Shown here: piece by piece, positions 1 through 10,924 of the stretch
Layout: every line of letters begins with the position of its first letter
How positions within the stretch are numbered: the first letter of the stretch is position 1
Virus record (IMG/VR): IMGVR_UViG_2541047869_000003
Coordinates: 1 to 39,722 of that record
Strand: one strand, 5' to 3'
DNA length: 39,722 nt
From: a virus
Lineage: Duplodnaviria; Heunggongvirae; Uroviricota; Caudoviricetes
Translations under genes and position numbers: made by a program
The notes under the pieces: model-generated
The model's input: the letters and a program-made list of their open reading frames with translations, nothing else
Told to the model about the DNA's origin: nothing
The model's database searches: none

Positions 1-1155
1 ATGCTCACCGTTAAGCAGATTGAAGCAGCTAAGCCGAAAGAAAAACCATACCGCCTACTCGATGGTAATGGCCTGTACCTTTATGTCCCTGTATCAGGGA
101 AAAAGGTATGGCAGCTTCGCTACAAGATTGACGGTAAGGAGAAAGTCCTGACCGTAGGAAAATATCCGCTAATGACTTTGCAGGAGGCAAGGGATAAGGC
201 ATGGACTGCGAGGAAAGACATCTCGGTTGGCATCGATCCGGTAAAGGCGAAAAAGGCTTCGTCTAACAACAATTCCTTTAGTGCGATTTACAAAGAATGG
301 TACGAGCACAAGAAGCAAGTATGGTCAGTAGGGTATGCGACTGAACTTGCCAAAATGTTTGATGACGACATTTTACCCATCATCGGCGGTCTTGAGATTC
401 AGGATATTGAGCCGATGCAACTGCTGGAAGTAATCCGCAGGTTTGAAGATCGCGGTGCAATGGAGCGAGCCAACAAAGCCCGCAGAAGATGCGGCGAAGT
501 TTTCCGTTACGCTATTGTCACCGGAAGGGCTAAATACAACCCGGCACCTGACCTTGCAGACGCCATGAAGAGATACCGCAAGAAGAACTTCCCGTTTCTT
601 CCTGCCGACCAGATCCCGGCATTCAACAAAGCACTGGCAACATTTTCAGGAAGTATCGTATCGCTCATTGCGACCAAAGTTTTACGCTACACAGCCCTCA
701 GAACAAAAGAGCTTCGTTCCATGCTATGGAAGAACGTCGATTTTGAAAACAGGATTATCACCATCGACGCCAATGTGATGAAGGGACGCAAGATTCATGT
801 GGTTCCGATGTCGGACCAGGTTATTGAACTTCTCACTACGCTAAGCTCAATCACTAAACCGGTATCAGAGTTTGTTTTTGCCGGACGCAACGATAAGAAG
901 AAGCCAATCTGCGAGAACGCGGTGCTACTTGTGATCAAACAAATCGGCTATGAGGGTCTGGAAAGCGGTCACGGATTCAGGCATGAATTCAGCACGATTA
1001 TGAACGAGCACGAATGGCCTGCCGACGCCATTGAAGTGCAACTGGCACATGCCAACGGCGGATCTGTGCGTGGGATTTACAACCATGCTCAGTATCTCGA
1101 TAAGCGCAGAGAAATGATGCAGTGGTGGTTGGACTGGATTGATGAAAAGGTGTAG
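1..1155 (+). CDS. int: Tyrosine integrase, P4-type (site-specific recombinase)
   Basis: 384 aa. N-terminal MLTVKQIEAAKPKEKPYRLLDGNGLYLYV arm-binding motif; C-terminal catalytic signature GHGFRHEF...RGIYNHAQY (H-x-x-R and Tyr). Confidence 0.9.
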   Translation: MLTVKQIEAAKPKEKPYRLLDGNGLYLYVPVSGKKVWQLRYKIDGKEKVLTVGKYPLMTLQEARDKAWTARKDISVGIDPVKAKKASSNNNSFSAIYKEWYEHKKQVWSVGYATELAKMFDDDILPIIGGLEIQDIEPMQLLEVIRRFEDRGAMERANKARRRCGEVFRYAIVTGRAKYNPAPDLADAMKRYRKKNFPFLPADQIPAFNKALATFSGSIVSLIATKVLRYTALRTKELRSMLWKNVDFENRIITIDANVMKGRKIHVVPMSDQVIELLTTLSSITKPVSEFVFAGRNDKKKPICENAVLLVIKQIGYEGLESGHGFRHEFSTIMNEHEWPADAIEVQLAHANGGSVRGIYNHAQYLDKRREMMQWWLDWIDEKV

Positions 1156-1314
1156 CAACCAACATTGCTATATCTCAGATAGCACAAAGCCTTGCAATCC
1201 AGTGCAAAGCTTTGTGTGTCTCAGTTTTGCCTCATAGGTAATGAGGCTTTAACTGCGATGCAGTAATCAATACTAAAATTTACTTAAAATTCATAAATAC
1301 ACTAGATAAAAACA
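1156..1314. other. Putative attP and int-downstream regulatory region
   Basis: Non-coding stretch immediately 3' of int, the position of attP in lambda and P22. Contains imperfect palindrome TGCTATATCTCAGATAGCA, direct GCAAAGC repeats and a 7-bp stem hairpin GCCTCAT-aggta-ATGAGGC. Core site not identifiable without the host junction. Confidence 0.3.
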
Positions 1315-1337
1315 ATCCCGCATTTTTTATGCGGGAT
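1315..1337 (-). terminator. Intrinsic terminator downstream of tailspike (end of late operon)
   Basis: 9-bp perfect stem ATCCCGCAT / ATGCGGGAT with T5 loop, followed on the minus strand by TGTTTTTAT. Confidence 0.6.
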
Positions 1338-1355
1338 ATACTGCATTTATTGCAA

Positions 1356-4064
1356 CTACATTGCCATTAATATAAACATAGCCAATTCGTCATAACGAAT
1401 TCCGTAGCATCCTCCTGCTTTTTTTACAAGAATCATATCTCCTGTTTTATATTGAGAATAAATTTTCTCACCTGTATCAGGATCTGTGCTCTCTTCAGTT
1501 ATCACCTCTTCATCCCATACGTCAGGCCATTCATCGTAACACCAAAAAGCATATTGCTCCGGGTTTAAACCATGCTTTCTAAGAATATCCCCTACGGTTT
1601 GAGCGCCAACGCCAAAATGATACCTGGACGACTCAATTCCTTTGTGATTAATTGAGTCATTAAATTTAAATTTATAGATGACTGACTTTATTTCAATAGC
1701 GGCATTACGCTCTGCATTAAGAATATCATATCTTGTTTTAAGAGTTTCATCTGACGTATTGATTGACCCGGTTCCTGCATAGATAACAGAGCATCTGTTT
1801 GATGGCTGTCCAATAGCTTTAACGTTATCATCAACAGGAGCTATTTTATTAGCATCTGCCAACCACCAGTCTGTTCCATCAGCGTGACCGATTCTTACTC
1901 TTATCCCACTTCTAATATTTAAACTTCCAGTATTGCTCTGTAAATTACAATCTCCTGACGTTGGTCCAAGCAGTACAGTTTTACCAACACCACATACTAC
2001 TCTGGCATTTCCTTTTTGTGATACGAGTCTTGACTCACCTCCTGACTGCTCAGGAAGAGATTTATGGTCTATAAATGCATCGCGGGGGTTAAATACACCG
2101 TCTCCAGAATTATATCTTCCTCCTGTATAGTTGTTAAATACAGGACCCCAGTCAACGCCATTGCCTTCAGAGCACCCGACCATTCTAAGCACTCGAGTAT
2201 TCCCTGCTGCATATGGTAATGAGCTTGTTGATTGCCGGGAAGCTATCATACGTGCTCCATAACCAATAGCATTACCACCATTTATAGTTACATATGCTGG
2301 CTGGCTTTCGAAATATGTACTGTAAAAGTTCATATTTCCACAGTCATGTAGATGAATAAGAACATCATCCCATCCCTGAATGGTTCCTGCATGTACCTGT
2401 ACACCGCGAACTGGTTCCCCTGAAACCTCCATACACTCTGATGGCCGGCTGAATGGCTGAGACAGGTATTGCGATGTGGCAAGCAGATGTGTGTGGTGAT
2501 ACAGGCTGGTAATGTAGCAATCGAAAAATTGCGTTCCCGCCATACCAAAGTTATCTATGTCATTTCGCCGTATAGTAGAACCTACTGTTGCCTCAGAAGC
2601 GTTAGACACTCCAGTAAATACTAACTTATCACCGGATACGGATAATCCTGAATAAGTGAAATTCCTGCCTACAGATCTTAAAACCCCGGACGTTTCGAAG
2701 GTGTGGCTTGCTGACCATGGAATTTCGATAGTGCTGGACGTTACCGCTGTAATTCGGAATACATCATGGGCGCGGATCGAAACACCCTTGAATCCCTGGA
2801 ATCTACAGTGATAATAGTTTTCATCCTCGCCCTGAGCGGCCAGCGTGCCAGATACAGGAATGTTCGTTTTTAAAAGTGCCGTCTTGCGCCAGTATCCAAC
2901 CACCTGCAAATTGCGGTATTCATTGCCAAAAGACGCACGTGACCAAATACCTACATCCCACTCATCGCCAAGACCGGTATTTGCAATGTCTTTATAACCA
3001 TCCAGCCCATTGAAATATGGAACAATACGAAAGTTCTCAAGGCGAACACATCCTGTCTCTGGCATCAATATTGCGGCAGAGAATGGTTTAAGCGTGGCTC
3101 TTGTAGCCCCATTAGCATCACCGTTAGTAAAATCCAATAAATCATATGATGACGCAGGTGCCGTTGTTGTATACGGGTCTTCGGAAGATGGATTAGAAAC
3201 CACACCACCACTAACATCCATATTAGAAACACAATCTACAGTATATTTTTTATTTCCTACACCGTACATCAGGAATGTGGTCCCTGTGGTAATATCAGGA
3301 GCAAATGTTGCAGTATATCCTGAGACCCATTTGCCCACACCAAGACAAATTATCCCACCACCAGAAACAGGTGTTAACGTATCCGTTATTACATACGCAT
3401 TATCAGTACCATAAATAACCTTTCCTGTGTTAAGGGCAGCTTGCCACGCGGCCCAGTCTATTGACTGAGATAATGAGTCAACAAAAGGATATAAGGATTT
3501 TGCTTCAGAAATTGAAGAAAACCACTCAGATAATGGATGATATTTCCCATCCCCAATTGCTCCAAATTGTTTTACATTTAAGAAAAGAGCATTGTTTTCA
3601 TGCTGAGTTATAGTTACAGCCCCGGTAAATGGCTGCCTTACCCCAATTAATGCATCACCTTTTGAATCATCATTAATGTATGCTCCTGATTGAGATAACT
3701 GCTCTTTGAAGTCTGGGCCAAACTGATCTGGGTCATACTTCAGCACATTCGGAAAATAGAACTGCTTAGCACCATATGCATCATAAACAGCCATAGAATG
3801 GCCTTGCACGGTAACGAATTTGGAAATCTGTCCGTTATATACCGGATAACCAGCAGCGTTAATGATGATTGGTTGCGATACAGGAACGTGAGAGCCGTCT
3901 TCGTTCTCCACATAAACCTGAATCTGGTTTTCAGGATTTACCGGGTCAGTGCCAATTTTACCGATATAAATTTTACCATTGGCTACGGCTTTAAAAGAAC
4001 GAGCCATAGTGAAGAGTTGCGAAGGCATGCTTACTACAACATTGGCATTTATTGAATCTGTCAT
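1356..4064 (-). CDS. Tailspike: P22 gp9-like N-terminal head-binding domain, divergent receptor-binding body, C-terminal intramolecular chaperone-like domain
   Basis: 902 aa. First ~110 aa ([60 protein letters not shown]...VLKYDPDQ) match the P22 tailspike N-terminus from memory. C-terminus has an SDETLK...[13 protein letters not shown] motif resembling the autoproteolytic chaperone domain of endosialidases and tail fibres. Confidence 0.85.
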   Translation of the reverse strand: MTDSINANVVVSMPSQLFTMARSFKAVANGKIYIGKIGTDPVNPENQIQVYVENEDGSHVPVSQPIIINAAGYPVYNGQISKFVTVQGHSMAVYDAYGAKQFYFPNVLKYDPDQFGPDFKEQLSQSGAYINDDSKGDALIGVRQPFTGAVTITQHENNALFLNVKQFGAIGDGKYHPLSEWFSSISEAKSLYPFVDSLSQSIDWAAWQAALNTGKVIYGTDNAYVITDTLTPVSGGGIICLGVGKWVSGYTATFAPDITTGTTFLMYGVGNKKYTVDCVSNMDVSGGVVSNPSSEDPYTTTAPASSYDLLDFTNGDANGATRATLKPFSAAILMPETGCVRLENFRIVPYFNGLDGYKDIANTGLGDEWDVGIWSRASFGNEYRNLQVVGYWRKTALLKTNIPVSGTLAAQGEDENYYHCRFQGFKGVSIRAHDVFRITAVTSSTIEIPWSASHTFETSGVLRSVGRNFTYSGLSVSGDKLVFTGVSNASEATVGSTIRRNDIDNFGMAGTQFFDCYITSLYHHTHLLATSQYLSQPFSRPSECMEVSGEPVRGVQVHAGTIQGWDDVLIHLHDCGNMNFYSTYFESQPAYVTINGGNAIGYGARMIASRQSTSSLPYAAGNTRVLRMVGCSEGNGVDWGPVFNNYTGGRYNSGDGVFNPRDAFIDHKSLPEQSGGESRLVSQKGNARVVCGVGKTVLLGPTSGDCNLQSNTGSLNIRSGIRVRIGHADGTDWWLADANKIAPVDDNVKAIGQPSNRCSVIYAGTGSINTSDETLKTRYDILNAERNAAIEIKSVIYKFKFNDSINHKGIESSRYHFGVGAQTVGDILRKHGLNPEQYAFWCYDEWPDVWDEEVITEESTDPDTGEKIYSQYKTGDMILVKKAGGCYGIRYDELAMFILMAM

Positions 4065-4122
4065 TTAATTTGCTCCAGATACAAGGAATCGCCGCAGCAT
4101 GGCTACGGTGAATTTTGGGCAT

Positions 4123-4147
4123 AAAAAAAACCAGCCGAAGCTGGGTC
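4123..4147 (-). terminator. Intrinsic terminator downstream of ant
   Basis: On the minus strand: stem CCAGC, loop TTCG, stem GCTGG, followed by T8. Confidence 0.6.
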
Positions 4148-4191
4148 ATTGCGTTGGTTATCTGTCAGTAGTTATGTACTGAAGGAGGTAA

Positions 4192-5133
4192 TTATTTATT
4201 CTTAAGTCTCACCCATGCGGAAAGATTCGTTGGTCCGTCTGGCTCATTAATATCAACATCTCGTGTGTGATTGATTAAAACGTCTCTCGCCATTCCGATA
4301 ACATACGAGAACTCATGACCGTAGTCGTAGCATCTGCCTGAATAGTTCGATTGAATTTGTTTTAGCGCCGGATACAGTTCGCGGAATAATGCCTGTGAGC
4401 GGTTGGCATAATCCCATAACCATACAAGGCTGTTTGCTTCTTTTGCAGAAAGCTCGTTTGCTTTCTTCTCTTGTTTGCCGATGAACTCACCTTCAAGCAC
4501 TACCCTGTGGATGTACTCTACTGCTTGCGGTATCTGAGATGCATCAAGCTCTTCAATACTTTCCACATTGAAACGCTGATGAATCATTGCATAAGCTTCT
4601 GGGTACATTAGATGCTTTTTGCTGACTAGCATATTTACAGCATCACGAAGCGGAGTCCTGTCATCAACAGATGTTTTCTTACGTGCATTTTCTGCCTTTC
4701 CCTTCGTCCAGTAGTCATGCAGCACAGTAAAGCATTCTTCCTGGTACTGAATCAGTTTATCGCGGATGTCAGCACGAACTTTCTCAGGGTTGATGCTGAA
4801 CAGCCATCCATTTAACTTCTTCAAAGGAAGGCAGAGTAGCTTACGAAGCTTCCCATCAGCGGCAATCATGTTCATATGAACACAGTTGAATTTGCTAATC
4901 TGCTTCATGAGTTTTGTTTGCTGCGTTGACCAGCTCATTCCAAGGTTTTCAACAATTGGCTTCATCGCAACATATGCAACTCCGGCAGCCATGGCGGTGA
5001 TAATTTGCTGACCGTTGAATGGTACGTAAGAGGTGTTCACTGCTTCTAAAATTGCTATACTATTCATGTTGGTTTTTCTCCACGGATTTACTGACAACCG
5101 AAGCCCTGACTGTTCCCGCAGTTGGGGCTTCAA
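4192..5133 (-). CDS. ant: Antirepressor Ant
   Basis: 313 aa directly downstream of arc in the P22 immI arrangement; N-terminus [68 protein letters not shown]. Confidence 0.85.
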   Translation of the reverse strand: MKPQLREQSGLRLSVNPWRKTNMNSIAILEAVNTSYVPFNGQQIITAMAAGVAYVAMKPIVENLGMSWSTQQTKLMKQISKFNCVHMNMIAADGKLRKLLCLPLKKLNGWLFSINPEKVRADIRDKLIQYQEECFTVLHDYWTKGKAENARKKTSVDDRTPLRDAVNMLVSKKHLMYPEAYAMIHQRFNVESIEELDASQIPQAVEYIHRVVLEGEFIGKQEKKANELSAKEANSLVWLWDYANRSQALFRELYPALKQIQSNYSGRCYDYGHEFSYVIGMARDVLINHTRDVDINEPDGPTNLSAWVRLKNK

Positions 5134-5135
5134 CT

Positions 5136-5297
5136 TTACGCGCCAATGCGCCCTTCCTTCTTAAAGCTGTCCATTACTCTCTGATAAATCTCAGAGTTAA
5201 CAGACCGACCATTCTCTTCCGCCACCTTGCGTACCAAATCCAATACTTCTTTAGGCCACCGCAAATTGAACTGCGGCATCTTGCTCATTCCTTTCAT
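5136..5297 (-). CDS. arc: Arc repressor (ribbon-helix-helix)
   Basis: The last 53 aa of the 123-aa [56 protein letters not shown], are near-identical to P22 Arc as I recall it; the upstream extension of the ORF is not part of the gene. Confidence 0.9.
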   Translation of the reverse strand: MKGMSKMPQFNLRWPKEVLDLVRKVAEENGRSVNSEIYQRVMDSFKKEGRIGA

Positions 5298-5312
5298 ATT
5301 CACCTCACAATA

Positions 5313-5331
5313 TAGGTCCACGGTGGACCTA
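5313..5331. promoter_or_regulatory. Mnt operator (Omnt) within the divergent Pant/Pmnt region
   Basis: TAGGTCCACGGTGGACCTA: 9-bp perfectly inverted arms around a central base, matching the P22 mnt operator from memory; lies between arc and mnt. Confidence 0.7.
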
Positions 5332-5337
5332 TTGAGA

Positions 5338-5360
5338 ATATAGTAGACTGCTTCTATCAT
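5338..5360. promoter_or_regulatory. Arc operator (Oarc)
   Basis: Minus-strand reading ATGATAGAAGCAGTCTACTAT differs at about one position from the P22 arc operator as I recall it. Confidence 0.55.
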
Positions 5361-5387
5361 GTCAATACACTGACTTGGAGTAATGGC

Positions 5388-5645
5388 ATGGCTAGAGATG
5401 ATCCGCACTTTAACTTCCGCATGCCTTTGGAAGTGAGAGAAAAATTGAAATTCAGAGCAGAGGCGAATGGGAGATCCATGAACTCCGAGCTGTTGCAAAT
5501 CGTCCAAGATGCTCTATCAAAACCATCTCCTGTAGTTGGTTATCGCAACGAAGCTGAGAAAATTGCTGATGAGCAGTCTGAAATTGTAAAAAAAATGGTA
5601 TTCGATACACTGAAAAGAATTTATGGCAAGAACAATGAAGGTTAG
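5388..5645 (+). CDS. mnt: Mnt repressor (maintenance of lysogeny; represses Pant)
   Basis: 85 aa, MARDDPHFNFRMPLEVREKLKFRAEANGRSMNSELLQIVQDALSKPSP..., near-identical to P22 Mnt from memory; divergent from arc. Confidence 0.9.
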   Translation: MARDDPHFNFRMPLEVREKLKFRAEANGRSMNSELLQIVQDALSKPSPVVGYRNEAEKIADEQSEIVKKMVFDTLKRIYGKNNEG

Positions 5646-6012
5646 CGCCCTAAGGTTAATTCTTATTAGTATGCTTTTGATAATATCTAATGCATCTTTT
5701 GCATCTAGTGCAGAATGCTCTGCAAAGGCAGCAGATGTTTATTATCGCAAGTTACTTACAGGTGATAGAGACCTTATCCTCTCTGGATTGCGCAGTGGAA
5801 CCGATGGGAAAATTAGCCCGGTTGAAATATCAACAATAAACGGATTGATATTTACTTGTGAAAAAGGAATTGAAAATCAGTCATATGATACAAATTTATT
5901 ATGGGAATATAACTATAAAGCTGCAAAGAAAGCTTTAATTGATGATCATTCAGCGAGAGCGTATGCCAGCGCTCATGTTGAGATGTATAATTATGGTAAA
6001 TCAATAAGATAG
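5635..6012 (+). CDS. Hypothetical secreted protein (Sec signal peptide), immediately downstream of mnt
   Basis: Start taken at the internal Met: MKVSALRLILISMLLIISNASFA|SSAE has a positive N-region, hydrophobic core and AxA cleavage site. AT-rich by eye. Overlaps the mnt stop by a few bases. Confidence 0.55.
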   Translation: MKVSALRLILISMLLIISNASFASSAECSAKAADVYYRKLLTGDRDLILSGLRSGTDGKISPVEISTINGLIFTCEKGIENQSYDTNLLWEYNYKAAKKALIDDHSARAYASAHVEMYNYGKSIR

Positions 6013-6029
6013 CCATCCATGGCGCTAGT

Positions 6030-6320
6030 TCACTTTTTACAAGCGATGAGTAAATTCCTTGAGATGGTATTGCCTGCAAACGCCATTTCGGGGTTTGCTG
6101 ATGCTATAAATCCTTTATCTCCAGCTGATGTCAGTACATCATATCCTTTGCTTCCACACAAATCGCCAGCCTTAGTTAGGCACATCCCCCATGATCCCCC
6201 CAGACCTGAGCAATCAATAGTGTATGCTTCTCTACCATCAGGGGCGTATGTTTTAGAAGATGTTGCACAACCAGATAAAAGAAAGACATTAAAACAAGCA
6301 ACCGCAATGAGCCTCTTCAT
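6030..6320 (-). CDS. Hypothetical small lipoprotein
   Basis: MKRLIAVACFNVFLLSGC has a classic lipobox (LSGC); the mature ~78-aa protein is Gly- and Cys-rich. Convergent with the secreted-protein gene. Confidence 0.55.
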   Translation of the reverse strand: MKRLIAVACFNVFLLSGCATSSKTYAPDGREAYTIDCSGLGGSWGMCLTKAGDLCGSKGYDVLTSAGDKGFIASANPEMAFAGNTISRNLLIACKK

Positions 6321-6415
6321 ATCAATTTCCATATTTAAAAAACCGGAAACATCCTAATGACAAAACAACCAAATGTGAAGCACGAGATAAGATCAATCCA
6401 TCCGTGGACGACTAA

Positions 6416-8530
6416 TTACTCCTGTGCCATTCCGCTTAGCGATGCCACAATCCCAGCTCTCGCTAATCGCTGAAACTCTTCGTTTCCGACTGTATCACGT
6501 ATCGCTTTTACAGCGGCCTTATTTGCCATAAATCTGCGTTCCGCCGCCGCTAATGCTTCTTTACTTCCGCCAGCTCTTACTGCTTTCGTGGCTTCCTGAA
6601 CTGCTTTCTCTATCGCATATCGGCCGCTACGCGTGGTGGCAATTTTAGATACAGCACCTTTTAACCCGGCGCCAACTAAAGCACCTGCGGCAGCGCCTGC
6701 AATGCCCCCTCCTGCTCCACCAACAATGGCACCTGATGTTGAGTTGGCAATTGCATTTAACACTGTTGATGTGACGTTGGATAAACCGGCATCCAGATCG
6801 CGTAGTACATTGGCAGTTCTCCCTGTTCTTTCAATATACTGCTGAGGTTTCACTGCTGCTCTTGCAAGAGTGCCATATGCATCAGCAATTCTTCCGAGTT
6901 CTGAGGAATATCTGCTAATGGCTTTTACATTTTGTGGGGTAAGTATCCCTGCGATATGGTTAATTCCTGCTGCATCAGCTTTGCCACCACGTACACCATG
7001 CGAGATAGCATCTTGCAACATTGATGATATAGCAGGAACACGCTCTGATTCTGGCAGCGCGCGGATCATAGAATGGAACCCAGCAGGACCATTAAGACCT
7101 TTAGCTGACGATGATTGAAGGGATTTTACTCCATTCGTAATCAGTGCATCTGTTGCCAAATCACGCCCGAAAACAGACTCTGCACTCTCTTGTGCTGATA
7201 ACCTCGCTTTAGACAGATCATTAGCTTTCTGCCAGTCATCAAGAAATCCGCCGTTTTCCGCCATTGTGCGCATATCATCAGTAATTGCCCGGCGTATTTC
7301 CCCTGCTCTCCTTGCCGCATTTGCCTCTCCGCTACGCTTATATTTTTGCTCCGCATCAGCAAATTTGGCTCTCCATGCTTTCATGCCATCAAATGTTACT
7401 CCACCTTGATTGTTTGCCTGAACAAACTGTTTCATTTCAGGAGTAAGCGGTATGCCAGCAGATCGCTCTGCCTGAATAACGGCATTACCATTTAGCATTC
7501 TTGCTTTTTGATTTGGCATTGTTGACCGCACGTCATCCCATGCCGCGCGCTCGGCATCCTTCATCTGATCAAGATTTTGAAGAATCTTTTGTTTTATAGC
7601 CGCACTTTTTTCTGATGCCGTTCCAGATGCGGCCCCAAATTCATCAAGGTTTCGACTTAACTTTGATGATATTTCGTTAAATGCTGCCTGATGGGCGTCC
7701 TGAACAATTCCTGGTGTTGATGCCAATGCGCCTTCGGCTTGTGCAATTCCACGACTTCCAGATCGCATTCCTGGTGTTAATGCGTTTATATCAATTCCAG
7801 CAGACTCAGCCGCTTTTGCTAAATCTTCGGACACATTAGCGGCCTGACTGGCAATTGACTGACGCCCAGCACCTGACTTTGCCATCCTGGAAACATCATT
7901 AGCAGAATTCAGTGCTGCACCACCAAGAGCCTGTGAAACCCTTGGCGCAATAACGCGCCCGACACCTGAAAGAACGCCTTGAGCACCAATATTGATACCA
8001 CCGTTAATGGCAGCATTTTGTGCAAAGTCGCCCTCCTGATTTGCAGCATCAGCAAGAGAACCTGCAATCATGTTTCCTGCGGAACCGATATCTCCAGCGA
8101 GCTTTGCTGGCGATCCAGCAGCTTTTGCCGCTGTGCCAATTGGCAGGAGATACCCACCAATTGTTTCACCGGCTTGCGCATAAGGGTCTGTCGGTCGATC
8201 GACTGGACGATAGACATCATCCAAAACCTTTGGGCCACCAAGCCCCTGGCTGATTGCATTAATCAGACTTGCGCCACCCTGCAATACGTCAAATGGTATG
8301 TTTACCAGACCACGACCAGCCTGTTCTGCAATTTGCCCTGCGCTTTGACCACCAGTGAGCCAGTCAGTGGATTTTCCTACCAGAGATTGTTCTTCTGTCT
8401 GCGATTGGTTTTGAGTGGATTGATCACCAGAAGACAGCATCTGAGCAATGCGACGTGCTCCTTCTGTATCGCCTGCCGCATCAGCGTTCCTTAATGCTGT
8501 CATCAACTGTTCACGACTATAGGCCATCAC
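6416..8530 (-). CDS. Ejection (DNA injection) protein, P22 gp16-like
   Basis: 704 aa, Ala/Gly-rich, in the gp16 position after the gp7 and gp20 homologues; overlaps the upstream gene by 4 nt. Confidence 0.7.
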   Translation of the reverse strand: MMAYSREQLMTALRNADAAGDTEGARRIAQMLSSGDQSTQNQSQTEEQSLVGKSTDWLTGGQSAGQIAEQAGRGLVNIPFDVLQGGASLINAISQGLGGPKVLDDVYRPVDRPTDPYAQAGETIGGYLLPIGTAAKAAGSPAKLAGDIGSAGNMIAGSLADAANQEGDFAQNAAINGGINIGAQGVLSGVGRVIAPRVSQALGGAALNSANDVSRMAKSGAGRQSIASQAANVSEDLAKAAESAGIDINALTPGMRSGSRGIAQAEGALASTPGIVQDAHQAAFNEISSKLSRNLDEFGAASGTASEKSAAIKQKILQNLDQMKDAERAAWDDVRSTMPNQKARMLNGNAVIQAERSAGIPLTPEMKQFVQANNQGGVTFDGMKAWRAKFADAEQKYKRSGEANAARRAGEIRRAITDDMRTMAENGGFLDDWQKANDLSKARLSAQESAESVFGRDLATDALITNGVKSLQSSSAKGLNGPAGFHSMIRALPESERVPAISSMLQDAISHGVRGGKADAAGINHIAGILTPQNVKAISRYSSELGRIADAYGTLARAAVKPQQYIERTGRTANVLRDLDAGLSNVTSTVLNAIANSTSGAIVGGAGGGIAGAAAGALVGAGLKGAVSKIATTRSGRYAIEKAVQEATKAVRAGGSKEALAAAERRFMANKAAVKAIRDTVGNEEFQRLARAGIVASLSGMAQE

Positions 8531-9798
8531 TGCCCTCCGAGATATTTATTAATCAGGTCATCATCAGAAAGCTGCTGTTGAGACGGTTGTATGTCCTTCC
8601 CGTATTTCTGTTGCATACGTTTCTGAGCCATCTCAGTGGTTTTTATGATTGTTTTGATAGCTGCTCTGGCTGATTTTTCAGACTGATTTGGGGACAAACT
8701 ACCAATAGCATCCATTACCTTTTGCCCCTCGGCATTACTTAAAGCCCCCATCCCTTTCATCTGCTGAATGCCAGATAAGAATCCCTGAGATTTCAGTGTG
8801 TCAACCAGAGTTTCTGTATCAGCAGCCTCTGTTCCTGGAATGAATCTACTCGATAGTGGGTTTAGGTTTGTTCCGAAATATCCCGTGAATCCTGGGCTAT
8901 TAAGAACTTTTGTAGCCGTCTCTATCGTTCTGGAGAGATTATCCATTCCAGAGTTGTACGCATCGGCCTTATCTCGCTTTGCCTGCTCCATAGCTTGCTG
9001 ATTCTGCAATCTCTTGTCCTGCAATTCAGCAAGTTTTAAGGCATTAGTTTCATTTGCGATGAGTCTGTCGTATTTCTTGTCCTCTAATTCCATCCGACGA
9101 AGATTGACATTTTGTTGCGCAATATTGTTGCTTGCCCACCCTCTGGCATTTGTCATGTCATTATTACGGATTGTTTCGTTAATTCTTTGCTGATCCTGCT
9201 GGCGACCAACCATCTTGTCCTGAACATTGAAATAATCATTAGGACCAAGCGCTGACATTCCAAGGTGATCAACAAACTCACCAAATCCTGAAGGATTCTG
9301 CTGATACATCTGAGCAACGTTATTAGGGTCAACACCGACGCGAGTCAGTTCCTTGGCGTTGTTTTGCAGCCATGATTGCATTGCTTCTGGAGACGAGGCA
9401 GCAAGGCGTGCGCCAGCCGCTAAGGTGCCGATAGAGTTGCGCTGGTCTTCGTCAGCCCATTTCATACCAGACTGAATCTTCTCTAATTGACCAGGATATT
9501 TGGTCATCAGATCTCGAACCTGCTGTCGATCACCTGATTGAATAGCAGAAGCATAATCCTTTCTGAATGCTGCCTCTTGCTTCTGCTGATCATATTGCTG
9601 CAATCCTTGCATTGTGCTTGTTATTCCCTGCAGAGCCTGCAGACCGATATTGTTGCGACCAAGCCTGGCATCCTCATTATTCTGACGAATGTAAGCCAGT
9701 GTCTCATTTACATCACTCGCCTTTGGCGCATTCTCATTTTGCGCACCAATTCCAGCCAGAAAACCACCGGAGTTGATGCTCTGTTGCCAAGTTGCCAC
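8527..9798 (-). CDS. Ejection protein, P22 gp20-like
   Basis: 423 aa, Gln-rich, positioned between the gp7-like and gp16-like genes. Confidence 0.7.
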   Translation of the reverse strand: MATWQQSINSGGFLAGIGAQNENAPKASDVNETLAYIRQNNEDARLGRNNIGLQALQGITSTMQGLQQYDQQKQEAAFRKDYASAIQSGDRQQVRDLMTKYPGQLEKIQSGMKWADEDQRNSIGTLAAGARLAASSPEAMQSWLQNNAKELTRVGVDPNNVAQMYQQNPSGFGEFVDHLGMSALGPNDYFNVQDKMVGRQQDQQRINETIRNNDMTNARGWASNNIAQQNVNLRRMELEDKKYDRLIANETNALKLAELQDKRLQNQQAMEQAKRDKADAYNSGMDNLSRTIETATKVLNSPGFTGYFGTNLNPLSSRFIPGTEAADTETLVDTLKSQGFLSGIQQMKGMGALSNAEGQKVMDAIGSLSPNQSEKSARAAIKTIIKTTEMAQKRMQQKYGKDIQPSQQQLSDDDLINKYLGGQ

Positions 9799-9810
9799 TG
9801 TTCACCTCCA

Positions 9811-10467
9811 TCAGTAAAGAAGAGAGCCGAGAGCACCTACACCTGCACCAATTGCTGCTCCCCATGGACCACCGACACTGCCACCAATAGCAGCACCAGA
9901 ACCTATTCCACCAATCAATTTCTGACCTGTAGATGGTCGGTTGGCATTTGCTGCGACTGCTGCTGCCTGCTGTTGATACAACTGACTGGCATTGTTTGCA
10001 TAGGTCTGCCCGGCGTTTGCCTGACCTGTAAGAGCGCCAAGGCCGATATTTGCCAGATTGTTGTAGTTGTTCATCTGACCTGACAGCCAGTTTTGACCGA
10101 GTGTAGGTGCGATTGCTGCCAACTGGTTTCCTGTTGCTGTAGAGCCTAATCCACCAGTTGCCTCTGCTGCTGCCAGACTCTGGTAACGCGCCTGCCCTGC
10201 AAGGTCTTTGTACTGCTGGGAGTTGTAATACTGGTTAAGCGACTGACCTTGCCCCTGAAGAGAGGAAAGATTTTGCAACTCTGATACGTACTGCTGAGCG
10301 AGTGGCGTAAACGGTGCAAGGTTTTGCATATTCGTCTGCCACATTTCGCGCTGCAATTCGATGCCCTTTTCAGTTGCGCGTGCCTGGGCCTTTGAACCGC
10401 CATCACTGCCACCTTTGCAGTAAACAGTTTTGCTGAGGTGCTTATTGGCAATCTGGAAAATTAACAT
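9811..10467 (-). CDS. Ejection protein, P22 gp7-like
   Basis: 218 aa with a Gly/Ala-rich C-terminal hydrophobic segment; position after the gp14-like gene. Confidence 0.65.
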   Translation of the reverse strand: MLIFQIANKHLSKTVYCKGGSDGGSKAQARATEKGIELQREMWQTNMQNLAPFTPLAQQYVSELQNLSSLQGQGQSLNQYYNSQQYKDLAGQARYQSLAAAEATGGLGSTATGNQLAAIAPTLGQNWLSGQMNNYNNLANIGLGALTGQANAGQTYANNASQLYQQQAAAVAANANRPSTGQKLIGGIGSGAAIGGSVGGPWGAAIGAGVGALGSLLY

Positions 10468-10924
10468 TCGTTAACTCCTCGTATTTTGAGCGCGGTAACT
10501 GATAAATCGTGATGCCTACAGGCTTTCCACTGCTGGTATAAGCATCATCAAGGTGACCAACACGGGTAGCGCCAAGCAAACGGATAATTGCCCGTCCGTA
10601 TTTCGTGGTGTCAGGAACCATGGTGATGCTGTTAAGGAATGGTGAGTTTTCGAGAAGCCATTTGCAGAATAATCGATGCCCTTGCAGTGCATATTCACCA
10701 CGGAATCCGGGGTCGTACACCGCATGGCATTCAACAACGCTATGCCAGAAGTTACGCACTTCATGAACGCCAGCCAGCATTAATCCTTCGTAGATGCCGA
10801 GGTATACCGCATCAGGCTTGATGTAGTATTTATCTCCACTGTCTACGATATTTCCCGTGTTTTCTGGATTGTTGAGGAATTCTGCAAGCTTCACCGGATT
10901 ATCGATGAGCTTTATTTCCATCAC
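10442..10924 (-). CDS. gp14-like virion/ejection-associated protein
   Basis: 160 aa in the P22 gene 14 position between the needle and gp7; overlaps flanking genes. Confidence 0.55.
   Translation of the reverse strand: MMEIKLIDNPVKLAEFLNNPENTGNIVDSGDKYYIKPDAVYLGIYEGLMLAGVHEVRNFWHSVVECHAVYDPGFRGEYALQGHRLFCKWLLENSPFLNSITMVPDTTKYGRAIIRLLGATRVGHLDDAYTSSGKPVGITIYQLPRSKYEELTNVNFPDCQ

Noticed and set aside
1156-1355. O-antigen conversion genes (gtrABC or oac) between int and the tailspike, as in P22 and Sf6
   Set aside because: Only ~200 bp of non-coding DNA separates int and the tailspike; no such genes are present in this phage.
5136-5507. Full 123-aa extent of the ORF containing arc
   Set aside because: Only the C-terminal 53 aa correspond to Arc; the upstream extension runs through the Pant/Omnt/Oarc regulatory region and overlaps the mnt start on the opposite strand.
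6019-6357. 112-aa plus-strand ORF overlapping the lipoprotein gene
   Set aside because: The minus-strand frame gives a textbook lipoprotein signal; the plus-strand translation is Pro/Ser-rich with no recognisable features. Only one can be real, and the lipoprotein is favoured.
9538-10083. 181-aa Cys-rich plus-strand ORF across the gp20-like/gp7-like junction
   Set aside because: Antisense to two syntenic structural genes; highly Cys/Leu-biased translation consistent with an antisense frame of Gln/Ala-rich genes.
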